Shown here: piece after piece, positions 13,207 through 24,829 of the stretch | Position numbering within the stretch: the stretch's first letter is position 1 | How the letters are laid out: the number at the start of each line of letters is the position of its first letter | Assembly: GCA_030390025.1 (NCBI GenBank) | Contig: CM059432.1 | Span: forward strand, 42,410,001-42,474,000 | Direction: 5' to 3' | Length of the DNA: 64,000 nt | Origin: Squalus acanthias | Taxonomy: Eukaryota | Program-made: the position numbers and the translations under genes | The notes under the pieces: generated by a model | Seen by the model: the letters and a program-made list of their open reading frames with translations, nothing else | What the model was told of the DNA's origin: nothing | The model's database searches: none

Positions 13207-14600
13207 TTTCAAATAAAACTGTTGGACTATAACCTGGTGTTGTGCGACTTCTCACTTTTGTCCACCCCAGTCCAACACCAGCATTGCTGCATCAGAGGTA
13301 ACAAAGGCATGGATGAGGGTTTCAGCAGCAGATGAGCTGAGGCAGGGGCGGAGATGAATGATGTTATGCTGGTGGAAGTAGGCAGTCTTGGTGGTGGAGT
13401 GGCTATGTGGTCAGAAGCTCATCTCGGGGTCAAATATGACACCAAGGTTGCGAACAGTCTGGTTCAGCCTTAGTCAGTTGCCAGGGAGAGGGATGGAGTC
13501 GGTGGCTAAGGAACAGAGTTTGTGGCGGGGACCGAAGATAATGACTTCGGTCTTCCCAAGATTTAGTTGGAGGAAATTTCTGCTCATCCAGTACTGGATG
13601 TCAGACAAGCAGTTAGACAATTTAGAGTCAGTGGAGGGGTTGAGAGAAGTGGTGGTGATGTAGAGCTGGGTGTCGTCAAGGTACATGTGGAAACTGACGC
13701 TGTGTTTGCAGATGATGTTGTCCAGGGGCAGCATGTAGATGAGAAATAGGAGGGGGCCAAGGATAGATCCTTGGGGGACACCAGAGGTAATGGTACGGGA
13801 TCGGGATGAGAAGCCATTGCAGGTGATTCTCTGGCTACGACTGGATAGATAAGAATGGAACCAGGCGAGGCCAGTCGTACCCAGCTGGACGATGGTGGAA
13901 AGTCATTGGAGGAGGATGGTGTGGTCAACCGTGTCAAAGGCTGCAGACAGGTCGAGAAGGACAAGGAGGGATAGTTTACCTTTGTCACATCACAGAGGAT
14001 GTAATTTGTAACTTTGATAAGAGCTGTTTCGGTACTGTGGAAGGGGTAGAAATCTGATTGGACAGATTCAAACATGGAGTTCCGGGAAAGATGGGCATGG
14101 ATTAGGGAGGTGACAATATGTTCAAGGACTTTAGAGAGGAAAGGGAGGTTGGAGATGGGGTGGTAGTTTGCAAGGACGGAGGTTTTAAAGTTCCTTTTTT
14201 TGAGGAGAGGGGTGATGACAGCAGATTTGAAGGAGAGATAGTACCTGAGGAGTGAGGGGATAGTACCTGAGGAGTGAGAACTGTTAACAATATCAGTATT
14301 CCGACAGCACTTCTCCTACCTTCAATTTTTTAATTATTATTCATTTATGGGATGTGGGCGTCGCTGGCAAGGCCAGCATTTATTGTCCATCCCTAATTGC
14401 CCTTGAGAAGGTGGTGGTGAGCCACCTTCTTGAACCGCTGCAGTCCATGTGGTGAAGGTACTCCCACATTACTGTTAGGTAGGGAGTTCCAGGATTTTGA
14501 TACGATAGCAAAATACTGCAGATGCTGGAAATCCGAAATAACAACAGAAAACGCTGGAAAAACTCAGCAGGACAGGCAGCGTCCGTGGAGAGAGAAACAG

Positions 14601-14637
14601 AGTTAACGTTTCAGGTCGAAGACCTTTCGTCAGAACT
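14601..14637 (-). ncRNA. Minimal hammerhead ribozyme
   Basis: Minus strand reads AGUU CUGACGA A AGGUC-UUC-GACCU GAAA CGUU AACU. Confidence 0.8.
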
Positions 14638-15025
14638 GGAAAAAAGCAGGAAATGAAATAGGCACCCTGCAGCCCTCGGGACTCAACATCGAGTTCAACA
14701 ATTTCAGATCATATCCTCGGCCCCTATCACATTTATATTTTTTTATTTTATTTTTTCATCCACCCTTTTGTTTGGCCCTTTTTTTCCCCCTCCCAGAAGC
14801 TGGCAGCTGTCCTTCATTCTGCCAGTGCATCTCACACTTCATCTAGCCTCAACCTGTCACATTAACACCTCCGCGTGCCTTGATTATCTCTTAATGTCTC
14901 TCAATGCCTCTTAATCTCTCCTGCTTTCTATCCCACCACTGACCTTCCCCTTTGTTCTTTCATCCCCTCCCCCTTTTCCCAGCTTTATACTTGCTTTAAA
15001 TCTATTTCATTTCCTGCTTCTTTCC

Positions 15026-15062
15026 AGTTCTGATGAAAGGTCTTCGACCTGAAACGTTAACT
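15026..15062 (+). ncRNA. Minimal hammerhead ribozyme
   Basis: AGUU CUGAUGA A AGGUC-UUC-GACCU GAAA CGUU AACU. Confidence 0.8.
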
Positions 15063-15702
15063 CTGTTTCTCTCTCCACGGATGCTGCCTGGCCTGCTGAG
15101 TTTTTCCAGCGTTTTCTGTTGTTATTCCAGGATTTTGACCCAGCGATGATGAAGGATCGGCGATATATTTCCAAGTCAGGATGGTGTGTGAATTGGAGGG
15201 GAACTTGGAAGTGGTGGTGTTCCCATGAGCCTGTGGCCCTTGACCTTCTAGGTGGAAGAGGTCACGGGTTTGGGAGGTGCTGCCGAAGAAGCCTTGGCGA
15301 GTTGCTGCAGTGCATCTTCTAGATGGTACACACTGCAGTCACAGTATGCCGGTGGTGGAGGGAGTGAATGTTTAAGGTGGTGGATGGGGTGCCAATCAAG
15401 CAGGCTGCTTTGTCCTGGATGGTGTTGAGCTTTTTGAGTGTTGTTGGAGCTGTACTCATCCAGGCAAGTGGAGAGTATTCCATCACACTCCTTACTTGTG
15501 CCTTGTAGATGGTGGAAAGGCTTTGGGGAGTCAGGAGGTGAGACACTCACCGCAGAATACCTAGCCTCAGACCTGCTCTTGTTGCCACAGTATTTATGTG
15601 GCTGGTCCAGTTAAGTTTCTGGTCAATGGTGACCCCCAGGATGTTGATGGTGGGGGATTCGGCGATGGTAATGCTGTTGAATGTCATGGGGCGGTGGTTA
15701 GA

Positions 15703-16907
15703 CATAGAAGCATAGAAGATAGGAGCAGGAGTAGGCCATTCGGCTCCTCAAGCCTGTTCCGCCATTTAATGAGATCATGGCTGATCATCCAAATTCAGTA
15801 CCCTGTCCCTGCTTTCTCCCCATATCCCTTGATCCCTTTAGCCTTAAGAAATATATCTATCTCCTTCTTGAATATATTTAATGAATTGGCCTCAACTGCC
15901 TTCTGTGGTAGAGAATTCTACAGGTTCACCACTCTCTGGGTGAAGAAATTCCTCCTCATCTCAGTCCTAAATGGCTTACCCCTTATCCTTAGACTGTGAC
16001 CTCTGGTTCTGGACTCCCCCGCCATCGGGAACATCCTTCCTGCATCTAGTCTGTCTAGTCCTGTTAGAATTTTATAAGTTTCAATGAGATCCCCTCTCAT
16101 TCTTCTAAACTCTAGCGAATATAAGCCTAATCGACCCAATCTCTCTTCATACGTCATTCCTGCCATCCCAGATATCAGTCTGGTAAATCTTCGCTGCACT
16201 CCCTCCATGGCAAGAACATCCTTCCTCAGATAAGGCGACCAAAACTGCACACAATACTCAAGGAGTGGTCTCACCAAGGCTTTATACAACTGCAGCAAGA
16301 CATCCTTGCTCCTGTACTCGAATCCTCTCGCTATGAAGGCCAACATACCATTTGCCTTCTTAACCGCCTGCTGCACCTGCATGCTTACCTTCAGCGACTG
16401 GTGCACAAGGACTCCCAGATCTCGTTGCACTTCCCCTTTTCCCAATCTATTGCCGTTCAGATAATAATCTGTCTTCCTGTTTTTGCACCAAAGTGGATAA
16501 CCATGCATCTGCCCAATCACCCAACCTGTCCAAATCATACTGGAGTTTCTCTGCATCCTCCTCACAGCACACACACCCACCCAGCTTTGTGTCGTCTGCA
16601 AACTTAGAGATATTACATCTAGTTCCCTCGTCTAGATCATTAATATATATTGTGAATAGCTGGGGTCCTAGCACCGATCCCTGTCGTACCCCACTAGTCA
16701 TTGCCTGAAACTCGGAAAAAGACCCGTTTATTCCAACTCTTTGCTTCCTGTCTGCCAAACAGTTCTCTATCCAAATCAGTACCTTACCCCCAATCCCATG
16801 TGCTTTAACTTTGCACGCTAATCTCTTATGCGGGACCTTATCGAAAGCCTTCTGAAAGTCCAAATACACCACATCCACTGGTTCTCCCTTATCTATTCTA
16901 CCAGTTA
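15703..16907 (-). mobile_element. CR1/HER1-type LINE 3' part nested in family B LINE
   Basis: YLDFQKAFDKVPH, QGSVLGP, KFADDTKL, LEYCVQFWSP; highly similar to 27418-28660. Confidence 0.93.
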
Positions 16908-17362
16908 CTCTCGCTTGTTGGAGATAGTCATTGCCTGGCACTTGTGTGGCGCGAATGTTACCTGCCACTTATCAGCCCAAGCCTGAACATCGTCCAGGTC
17001 CTGTTGCATGCGGGCATGGACTGCTTCATTATCTGAGGAGTTGTGAATGGCACTGAACACTGTGCAGTCATCAGCGAACATCCCCATTTCTGACCTTATG
17101 TTGGAGGGAAGGTCATTGATGAAGCATCTGAAGATGGTTGGGCCTAGGACACTGCCCTGAGGAACTCCTGCAGCAATGTCCTGGGGCTGTGATGATTGAC
17201 CTTCAACCACCTCAACCATCTTCCTTTGTGCTAGGTCTGACTCCAGCCAGTGGAGAGTTTTCCCCCCGATTCCCATTGACTTCAGTTTTACTAGGGCTCC
17301 TTGATTGCACACTCAGTCAAATGCTGCCTTGATGTCAAGGGCAGTTACTCTCACCTCACCTT

Positions 17363-18205
17363 AAGCGAGGAGCCATGTATTAGACGGCTCCACATTACCA
17401 AGGTGGTGGTCACAGAACTCTGCCACCTCCTCCAAGCAGACCTCCAGCCTCACAGCAGGTTGACTTAAACCCCAGATCCCTTTTGCTTACCACATGCCCA
17501 TCATACCATCCCTGTGTCATGCCATATCACAGCATCCTCCTGGGTGGAAAGGTGAAATGAGAGAGACCACAAAATATTGCACACTCCATTATGCGTAAAA
17601 ATTTCACACATATCACATTCATTCTAATAACTAATGACTCTTGTGCCTGCTTTAGTTGAATAGCTGTCATTGTGTGCAAGGCATGAGATGTGGGTGTGAA
17701 TGTTGGTAGGTAGAGATTGTTGGTGGGTGAGCGCTGGGGGTGTGGTGCTTTGGGCAGTGTGTGAAGCTTGTGGTACAGATGGTGGTATATAGCATTTGTT
17801 GAAGCATTCAATCACCCTGACCTTACGACTGAGATGGATCTGCCATAAGCATAACTGCTTCAGTCCTCTGGCTCCTTCTCCTTGTTGTACTTCTCCTTGC
17901 GGAGGCAGTTGCACAGCCAGCAATGCTGAGAATGAGGTGCTGCAGTATCAATGAACCTCCCCTTTAAGTACTGGGCAAAGCCTGTGGCAATGATGAGTTG
18001 AGATTAGACTGCACACGATATTGGTCCACCCTTTGAGTGTAACGCCACTGAGCTAGGCCTTTAAGACTTGATTTAACACCCCAATCATTTCTTTGAGCAG
18101 TGAGAATGAAGTTTGCGTGCAGTCTAAAGCATTAGCGCCTGGTGCTAATTCTTAAACTTTTCTAAAGATACCGCCCATTCCTGGGCTGGAATAAAATTCT
18201 AGCCC
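17363..18205 (-). mobile_element. Degraded Harbinger-type element (Myb-gene end)
   Basis: TIR-like AAAATTCTAGCCC near 18192-18205; minus-strand AAG|GTCAG donor and intron resemble 39955-40100. Confidence 0.45.
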
Positions 18206-18696
18206 ATGGTGTCTATAGATTTCCCGAACACCTTTAATGAAATGTCATGCAAGAGGGTTGTATTCAGGCACATACTTGAAGAGGAAATGTAGCAGCATGA
18301 ATAGAAAGTTAATCGATGGACAGGAAATAAAGAGTTTGTGTTATTGAATGCTGTTCAGACTGGCGAATGTTTTAACAGGGATCAGTGCTGGTTTTCAGTG
18401 TAAAATGATGATTTGGACTTGGGTATATGGAATAGAATCTCAAAATTTGCTGATATATGAAGTTCTGCAAACTGTGAGGAGGACAGTGAAAGGACTTCAA
18501 GAAGATATGGATATGTTAACATAATGGGCAGATACGTGTCAGATGCAAATGAATGTGGATAAATATAAGGTAATACATTTTAAGAGGAAACAAAAGGAAA
18601 AACTGAATGTAAAGACACTGAGTCATGTGCTTGAACAAAGAAAGTTCAAACGATTCAAATACATAATTCCCTGTAAGTGTTAGTGCCCGTAGATAA

Positions 18697-20678
18697 AACA
18701 TAAGAACATAAGAAATAGGAGCAGGAGTAGGCCATTCGGCCCTTCGAGCCTGCTCCGCCATTCAATGAGATCATGGCTGATCTTCTGCCTCAACTCCATT
18801 CACCGGCCCTATCGCCATATCCCTTGATGCCCTTACTAGTCAGAAATGTATCGATTTCTGTTTTGAATATACCCAATGACTGAGCCTCCACAGCCCTCTG
18901 GGGTAGAGAATTCCAAAGATTCACCACCCTCTGTGTGAAGAAATTTCTTCTCATCTCAGTCCTGAATGGCCTACCCTTTATCCTGAGGCTGTGGCCCCTG
19001 GTTCTAGACTCCCCAGCCAAGGGAAACATTCTCCCAGCATCCACCCTATCAAGCCCTGTAATAATTTTGTATGCTTCAATGAGATCCCCTCTCATTCTTC
19101 TGAATTCAAGAGAATACAGGCCTAGTTTACTCAATCTCTTCTCATACGACAGTCCTGCCATCCCAGGAATCAATCTCGTGAACCTTCGTTGCACTCCCTC
19201 TATGGCAAGTATATCCTTCCTTAGGTAAGGAGACCAAAATTGTACACAGTACTCCAGGTGTGGTCTCACCAAGGCCCTATATAATTGGAGTAAGACTTCT
19301 TTACTCCTGTACTTAACTCCTCTTGTAATGAAGGCCAACATACCATTAGCCTTCCTAATGGCTTGCTGCACCTGCACATTCACTTTCAGTGACTCATGTA
19401 CAAGGACACCCAGGCCCCTTTGAGCATCTGCATTCCCCAATCTTTCACCATTTAGGAAATACTCTGCCTTTCTGTTTTTTCTACCAAAGTGGATAACTTC
19501 ACATTTATCCACATTATATTCCATCTGCCATGTTCTCGCCCACTCACTGAGCCTGTCGAGATCCCCTTGAAGCCACTTCACATCCTCTTCGCAACTGACA
19601 CTGCCACCTAGCTTGGTATCATCAGCAAATTTGGAAATGTTACATTTAATCCCCTCATCCAAATCATTGATATAGATTGTGAATAGCTGGGGTCCAAGCG
19701 GTACCCCACTAGTCACAGCCTGCCATCCTGAAAAAGACCCGTTTATCCCTACTCTTTGGGGGAAAAATTCAGTATCGTCCCGTTTGGGGCGCAATTATCG
19801 GCCGGGCGCAAAGATTAGTGCCTGGCGCTAATTATCGCCTCCGACTGCAAACTTGACTTTTATCACCCTTGGAGGTGATTGGAGCGCTAAATCAGACGCT
19901 ACACATCTGTCTTAAGGTGCAAAGGCCGAGGAGCAAGGCGCTATCTCAGAGCGCTGGCGAAGCTCATGTGATGTCAGTCAGCAATGGAACACAGACACAA
20001 TGACGCTGGCCAGTTCTTAAAGGGGAGGGTTGATCTTGCTTTCCATCCACATCCTGATCATTGCAGCCTTGAATCTCGGCCTGGAGAGACCTATACATCA
20101 AATCTGCTGGAAAGAACAATGGAGAGACCCAGGGAAAGAGCTCAGAGTGCAACCCCCACAGTCTCTTCTAAATCGATACAAGGAAGGGAAAATCAAAATG
20201 AACCTGCAAAGTGCTGCTCAGTGCACAAAACTCCTTCACACAGCATTGAATCTCTCCAGAAGTCTCTCTATCTCTCTCTCAGAATGCGTGGTTCAAAAAT
20301 GTCACCAACAAAAAAAGGCAGAAAACGGTCGCCTTTAAATAGCGCTCCCCCAGTCCCTTCCTGACTGCAAAACGCTCCCCTCAACCTGTCGTTGCTAATG
20401 GCAGGCGGTAAGGCAGGGGGGCGCCACTCAATATCCCCTCCGGGGCGCTACCGGGGCGTGGCGCACTCGACTGACGTCATGATCTGCCGGCGCAGGAGAT
20501 CGTGGCCGTAGTGTTTAGCGCTGCCGCAAAATGTCTAGTTAATTTCCCGAGCAGCGCAAACATCGCCGCGCATGGGCGCTAGTTGCTTTGCGCCCCATTA
20601 GCGCCCTCTTAAGGCGCTAACGGGAGGCGCAACCAACTGAATTTTTCCCTCTTTGTTTTCTGTCTGTTAACCAATTAA
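18697..20678 (-). mobile_element. CR1-type LINE 3' part, interrupted by a MITE at 19758-20651
   Basis: ORF 18790-19794 carries RT motifs and the CR1 C-terminus; (AACATAAG)n tail; CR1 sequence resumes after 20651. Confidence 0.93.
19758..20651 (-). mobile_element. Non-autonomous Harbinger element, family Y (diverged copy)
   Basis: TIR G(G/A)GGGAAAAATTCAGT; TTT TSD inside CR1; 894 bp; homologous to the reverse complement of 47172-48065. Confidence 0.9.
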
Positions 20679-20689
20679 TAAAACTCTTA

Positions 20690-21285
20690 ATAAAGGCCAA
20701 TAGAATTTGGGGTTTTATAAATAGGGACACAGAGTACAAGAGTAAAGACGTAATGATGAATTTATAGAAAACTTTGTATAGGCCAATGTTTTTGGCACCA
20801 CATTATAGAAAGGACATTAAAGCCATAGAAACTGTACAACATGGGATCACCAGGATGATGCCAGGGATGAGAAATTATAGTGATGAGGAGAAACTGGATG
20901 AAAGAAGGACAAGAGTAGATTTAATTGAGGTTATTAAAATTATTTTAGTAGAGTAAATAGGGAGAGACTCTTTCCTCTGGTTGGGGAGTCAATGATGAAA
21001 GTTCATCATTTTAAAATTAGCACTGAGAGAGAGAGGAAAGTGGTTAGGAGAAATTTCTTTACATAGAGGGTCCTGGAGCACGGAATGCTTTGCTACAGGA
21101 TATGGTTGAAGCAGAGACCATTATATTTTAAGGGAAAATGCACTAAATATTTGTAGCAAAGGAAGATACAAGGCTATGGAGAGAGCAGGGCAGTGGTATT
21201 AGTTTTGGATTGCTCTCGCAAAAACCCAGCATAATCATGAGAGGCCAAGTGGCCTCCTTCTGCGCTGTAATCTTTTATGGTTCTA
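20690..21285 (+). mobile_element. Degraded CR1 LINE 3' fragment
   Basis: APHYRKDIKAIETVQ..ITRMMPGMR and DLIEVIKI peptides. Confidence 0.8.
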
Positions 21286-21645
21286 AGTGGGTGAAAAACC
21301 TCTGTGCATCTGCTAAGCAGCGCAAAAGATGCACAGATTGCATCTGGATTCAGGAAAACTCCTGGCGGTATGGGCACCCAGCAGGAAGCCACCCTTGAAA
21401 AAAGCACAGGTTGGAAACAGGATTACTGTAGCACCAATTCTCCAACTGTGTCCCTTTCACAAGCAGGACCAGTGAATTTTGACAATCTTGCTTCACTCAT
21501 TTACATATAAGGTACGGGGCGGGAGATAGTATTAGTTTGGCTGAATTCTTCAGAATGGGAATTGCATCATCCTGCGTGCCCAGCGGGGAGCAATGCTCAG
21601 AAGCAGTGCATCTTGGGAAATCACAGAATGTGTACCTGTGATTTA

Positions 21646-22115
21646 AGAACATAAGAAATAGGAGCAGGAGTAGGCCAATTGTCCCCTCGAGCCTGCTCCG
21701 CCATTCAATAAGATCATGGCTGATCTGATCCTAACCGCCAATCTACTATCACAGAACCATCTCCTGAACCTAACAGAATTGGACACACGAAATAGGAGCA
21801 GGATCAGGCTACACGGCCCCTGGGCCCGCTACGCTACCCACAGGGCCATGACCGATCCGAACCTAGACTCATGTCCAAATTCCTGCCCGCTCCCCGTAAC
21901 CCTTAATTCCCTTTACTTCTAGGAAACTGTCTATTTCTGTTTTAAATTTATGTAATGATGTAGCTTCTACAGCTTTTTGGGGCAGCATATTCCATGGACC
22001 TACCACCCTCTGAGTGAAGTAGTTCCTTCTCATCTCAGTTTTGAAAGAGCAGCCCCTTATTCTAAGACTATGCCCCCTAGTTCTAGTTTCACCCATCATT
22101 GGGAACATCCTCCAT
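21646..22115 (-). mobile_element. CR1 LINE 3' end
   Basis: MFPMMGETRTRGHSLRIRG..RRNYFTQRVV; tail AACATAAGAAATAGGAGCAGG. Confidence 0.88.
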
Positions 22116-22729
22116 TCATATTAACAGACAATCAGAGATTTCCCAAGATATACACCTTATGAGCGCTGCTCCCCGTGGGGAGCATTGGATCATGGACTGT
22201 GTTACCGTGAGTTTGGAGGTGTTAACACCTGCACCCCCAGGAGCAGAGTGTCAGGTAAGTGTCAGGAGAGAGAAAAGAGGTAGTTTGGCTGTCTGCTTGA
22301 AGAGACCAATGGCACCTGCTACAGTGTATGGGACGGAAAATACTAAGATCAGAGCAGAATGGCCAGGATAGCAACAATATAGGAGTTTAGCAGCAGAGTA
22401 ATGACAGATGAGGTCGGAGATCGACAGAAGCATAGTACAATGAATCAGGGAGCAGGAGGCTGAATGGCAGAACCCAAGGAGAGGAGGAGGCAGGAAATGA
22501 GATGGGGGTACAAAACAGGATCGAGATGATGGACAGAGGCAGTGGACCTCAGTTCCAGTTAGAACAACTGCAGCCCATAACATGAGATGCAAAAACCTAT
22601 TCAGTGCTGTGATTTGAATGGTTACAAGAATTGTTTTCATTACTAATATACCAAAAGAACCAGAATTGTAAAACAAGTGGTGAACTGCCACCTTGCTGAG
22701 TTAGTGCTCTGATTTTTCAAAGTGCTATT

Positions 22730-23491
22730 GGGCCAGAAATTCGGCTCTTGTCGGGTGAGTACGCACTGTGTACTCACCCGTAAGGCCACCTGAAGTGCCG
22801 GTTTTCTGCATGCACTGCGCATGCGCTGGAAACCGGAACTTCCGTTCCCCTGAAGGAAGGGGTTCAGAAGTCGAACGCGTGCGCGGGAGAGGCAGCGCGC
22901 ACGCAGCGAACTTCGTTTTTTTTTCCAGGTTTCTCCGTGAGGATAAGTATGGAGAAGCTGCACATTTAAAAAGGAGGCGCAAGGCCTGCTTTTAACAAGG
23001 TAAGTGGTTAATTAAGTACAATTTAAAACATTTTTCAACAGGTTTATCTTTTTTACATACTTTAAAGAAAGGTAAGTTTATTTTTAGCACTGTTAAAAAG
23101 AGTAATTAATTTTTTCAAAAATTTAAATTTTTGTTTGAAGTAGTTAATTTATGTAATTTATAGTTAGTTTAAAAATGTGATGTTTTTTTTATTTATTTGA
23201 AGTTTTAGTGTGGTTTTGGGGCCGATCTCTATTCATAGATTTGACAGGTCTTCCTGTCAAATCTATGAATGAAAATTCCCTGCTACGATTGGCTCTCCAT
23301 GGCCCATGTGATCCCAGGGGACGCTTCGAACTAACTGCGTCCCTGGGATACGCAAGCACTGCGCGCCGGCAGCTGCAGGAGGCCCAGGACCCGAATTCCT
23401 CGTGGGCCCGAAGCACAACGGCAGGCGCGGTAGGTAAGTACGCGCGCGATCCTTGCACCCGCAGGAAGCCGGAGAGCCGAATTTCTGGCCC
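22730..23491 (+). mobile_element. Non-autonomous DNA transposon, family X copy A (PIF/Harbinger-like)
   Basis: Perfect 19-bp TIR GGGCCAGAAATTCGGCTCT; ATT TSD; homologous copies at 37610, 49276 and 58049; strand is relative. Confidence 0.9.
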
Positions 23492-23594
23492 ATTGTATAA
23501 ATATAAAAATTAGAGCCCAGAAGAAGCATATTCTGCTCATTGTGCCTGTACCAGTGCTAGCTCTTCCATTGGAGCTGCTTATGTGAAGTGTTAA

Positions 23595-23972
23595 TCTTAG
23601 CTCAGTGGTTAGCAGTCTTGACTCTTAAGTCAGAATGTTGTAAGTTCAAGCCCCACTTCAAAGAGTTGAGTATATAGTCATAGATTAACAGTTCAGTACA
23701 GTACTAAGGGAGTGCTGCCCTGTCAGCAGTGCTGTCTTTCAGATGTAATGTTAGACTGAGACCCTCTCAGGTGGATGTAATAATCCTATGGCACTATTTG
23801 AGGAAGAGCAATGGTACTATCCTAGTTAACATTTATCCCTCACTGAACATCACTAAAATAGATTATGTGGTCATTTATTTGCTGTTTTTGCATCCTTGCT
23901 GTGCACAAATTGCTGTCACATTTTCCTACATTACAAGAGTGACTATACTTCAAAAGTGCTGTGAAGCACAAT
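23595..23972 (+). mobile_element. Deu-domain tRNA-derived SINE (degraded)
   Basis: A-box TAGCTCAGTGG, B-box-like GTTCAAGCC; similar to 57552-58012. Confidence 0.8.
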
Positions 23973-24829
23973 AAGCACATTCTTTCTTTACTCAAATCTC
24001 GTTTCCTTTCCCCGTATCTTCTTATATTCTTCATTTCCACATATCTATCAAGTTCCATTCCAATAATGCTTCTGAATGAATAGTTTCCTTCTGTATTATT
24101 CCCCCATATTTATTAAATGCCCATTTTTAAAATCTCATGTTTTCTCTAACTTTTCTATATAACCTTCATCACACCTCCTTTACTTCCAATCAGAATGCAT
24201 TTATTGTACCTTATTTGTTTCATATTTAAATGTTTCCCAGTTTGTCTGGTCCACTGTTGGATCTGCTGTTTTGTTTCAACCAATTAAATTGGGATAGTTC
24301 TCTTTTTGTTTCACTGAAATTACCCTGTTTCCATTCTAGTACCCTTATCTTTGACTCCTTTTATTTATCTGTTTTTCAATATGAACCTAATAAGGTTATG
24401 ATCATTATTCCCCAAGTGTTCTACTTTCAAGCCCTGCTTCATTCCCCAGAATCAGATCTGGCACTGCATCCTTCCTTGTTGCACATGCAACATACTGATT
24501 AAGGAGACAGCCCTAGCTGCATTCTAAGAAACCGTCCCCATTTTGATCACAAAACATCTGTCTTGTCCAAGAATAGGATAGTTAAAGTCATTCATTGTTG
24601 TATCTCTGTTGCTACTGAAACACTCTCTAAATTGCCTACAAATCTTATTCTTGATTTGTTTCACACTATTCAGTGGTCTATAATGTGCTCCATATATAAT
24701 ACAGATCCCTTTTTATTCCACAATTCAACACAGACAGACTCTATCTGAGTGCCACCATAAAGAAAAACTTTCCGTCTATGATCGGAATAGTATACTTAAT
24801 TAACCAGACCACTTAATGAATTAACTCTC

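Larger units (their letters stand above)
12183..13293 (-). mobile_element. Penelope-like element: GIY-YIG endonuclease fragment between inverted pseudo-LTRs
   Basis: Minus strand encodes CRKGC..AWYIGETMQTLRQRMNGHR...EQKLIAKFRTHEDGLNRD; 12183-12407 is an inverted repeat of about 13032-13257; 12-bp TSD AGAGGTAACAAA at 12171-12182 and 13294-13305. Confidence 0.92.
11597..14295 (-). mobile_element. L2-clade LINE fragment (RT and 3' end), interrupted by a Penelope-like element
   Basis: Minus-strand peptides [52 protein letters not shown]2-type 3' tail near 11600. Confidence 0.9.
14501..15124. mobile_element. Non-autonomous Penelope-derived element with inverted pLTRs
   Basis: About 14539-14661 is an inverted repeat of about 15002-15126; 14-bp TSD TTCCAGGATTTTGA at 14487-14500 and 15125-15138; GTLQPSGLNIEFNNF resembles a Penelope C-terminus. 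Confidence 0.85.
14335..17362 (-). mobile_element. CR1-group LINE, second family ('family B'), with two nested insertions
   Basis: Peptides [34 protein letters not shown]; same family as 24830-25907; 3' tail at the left end. Confidence 0.88.
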
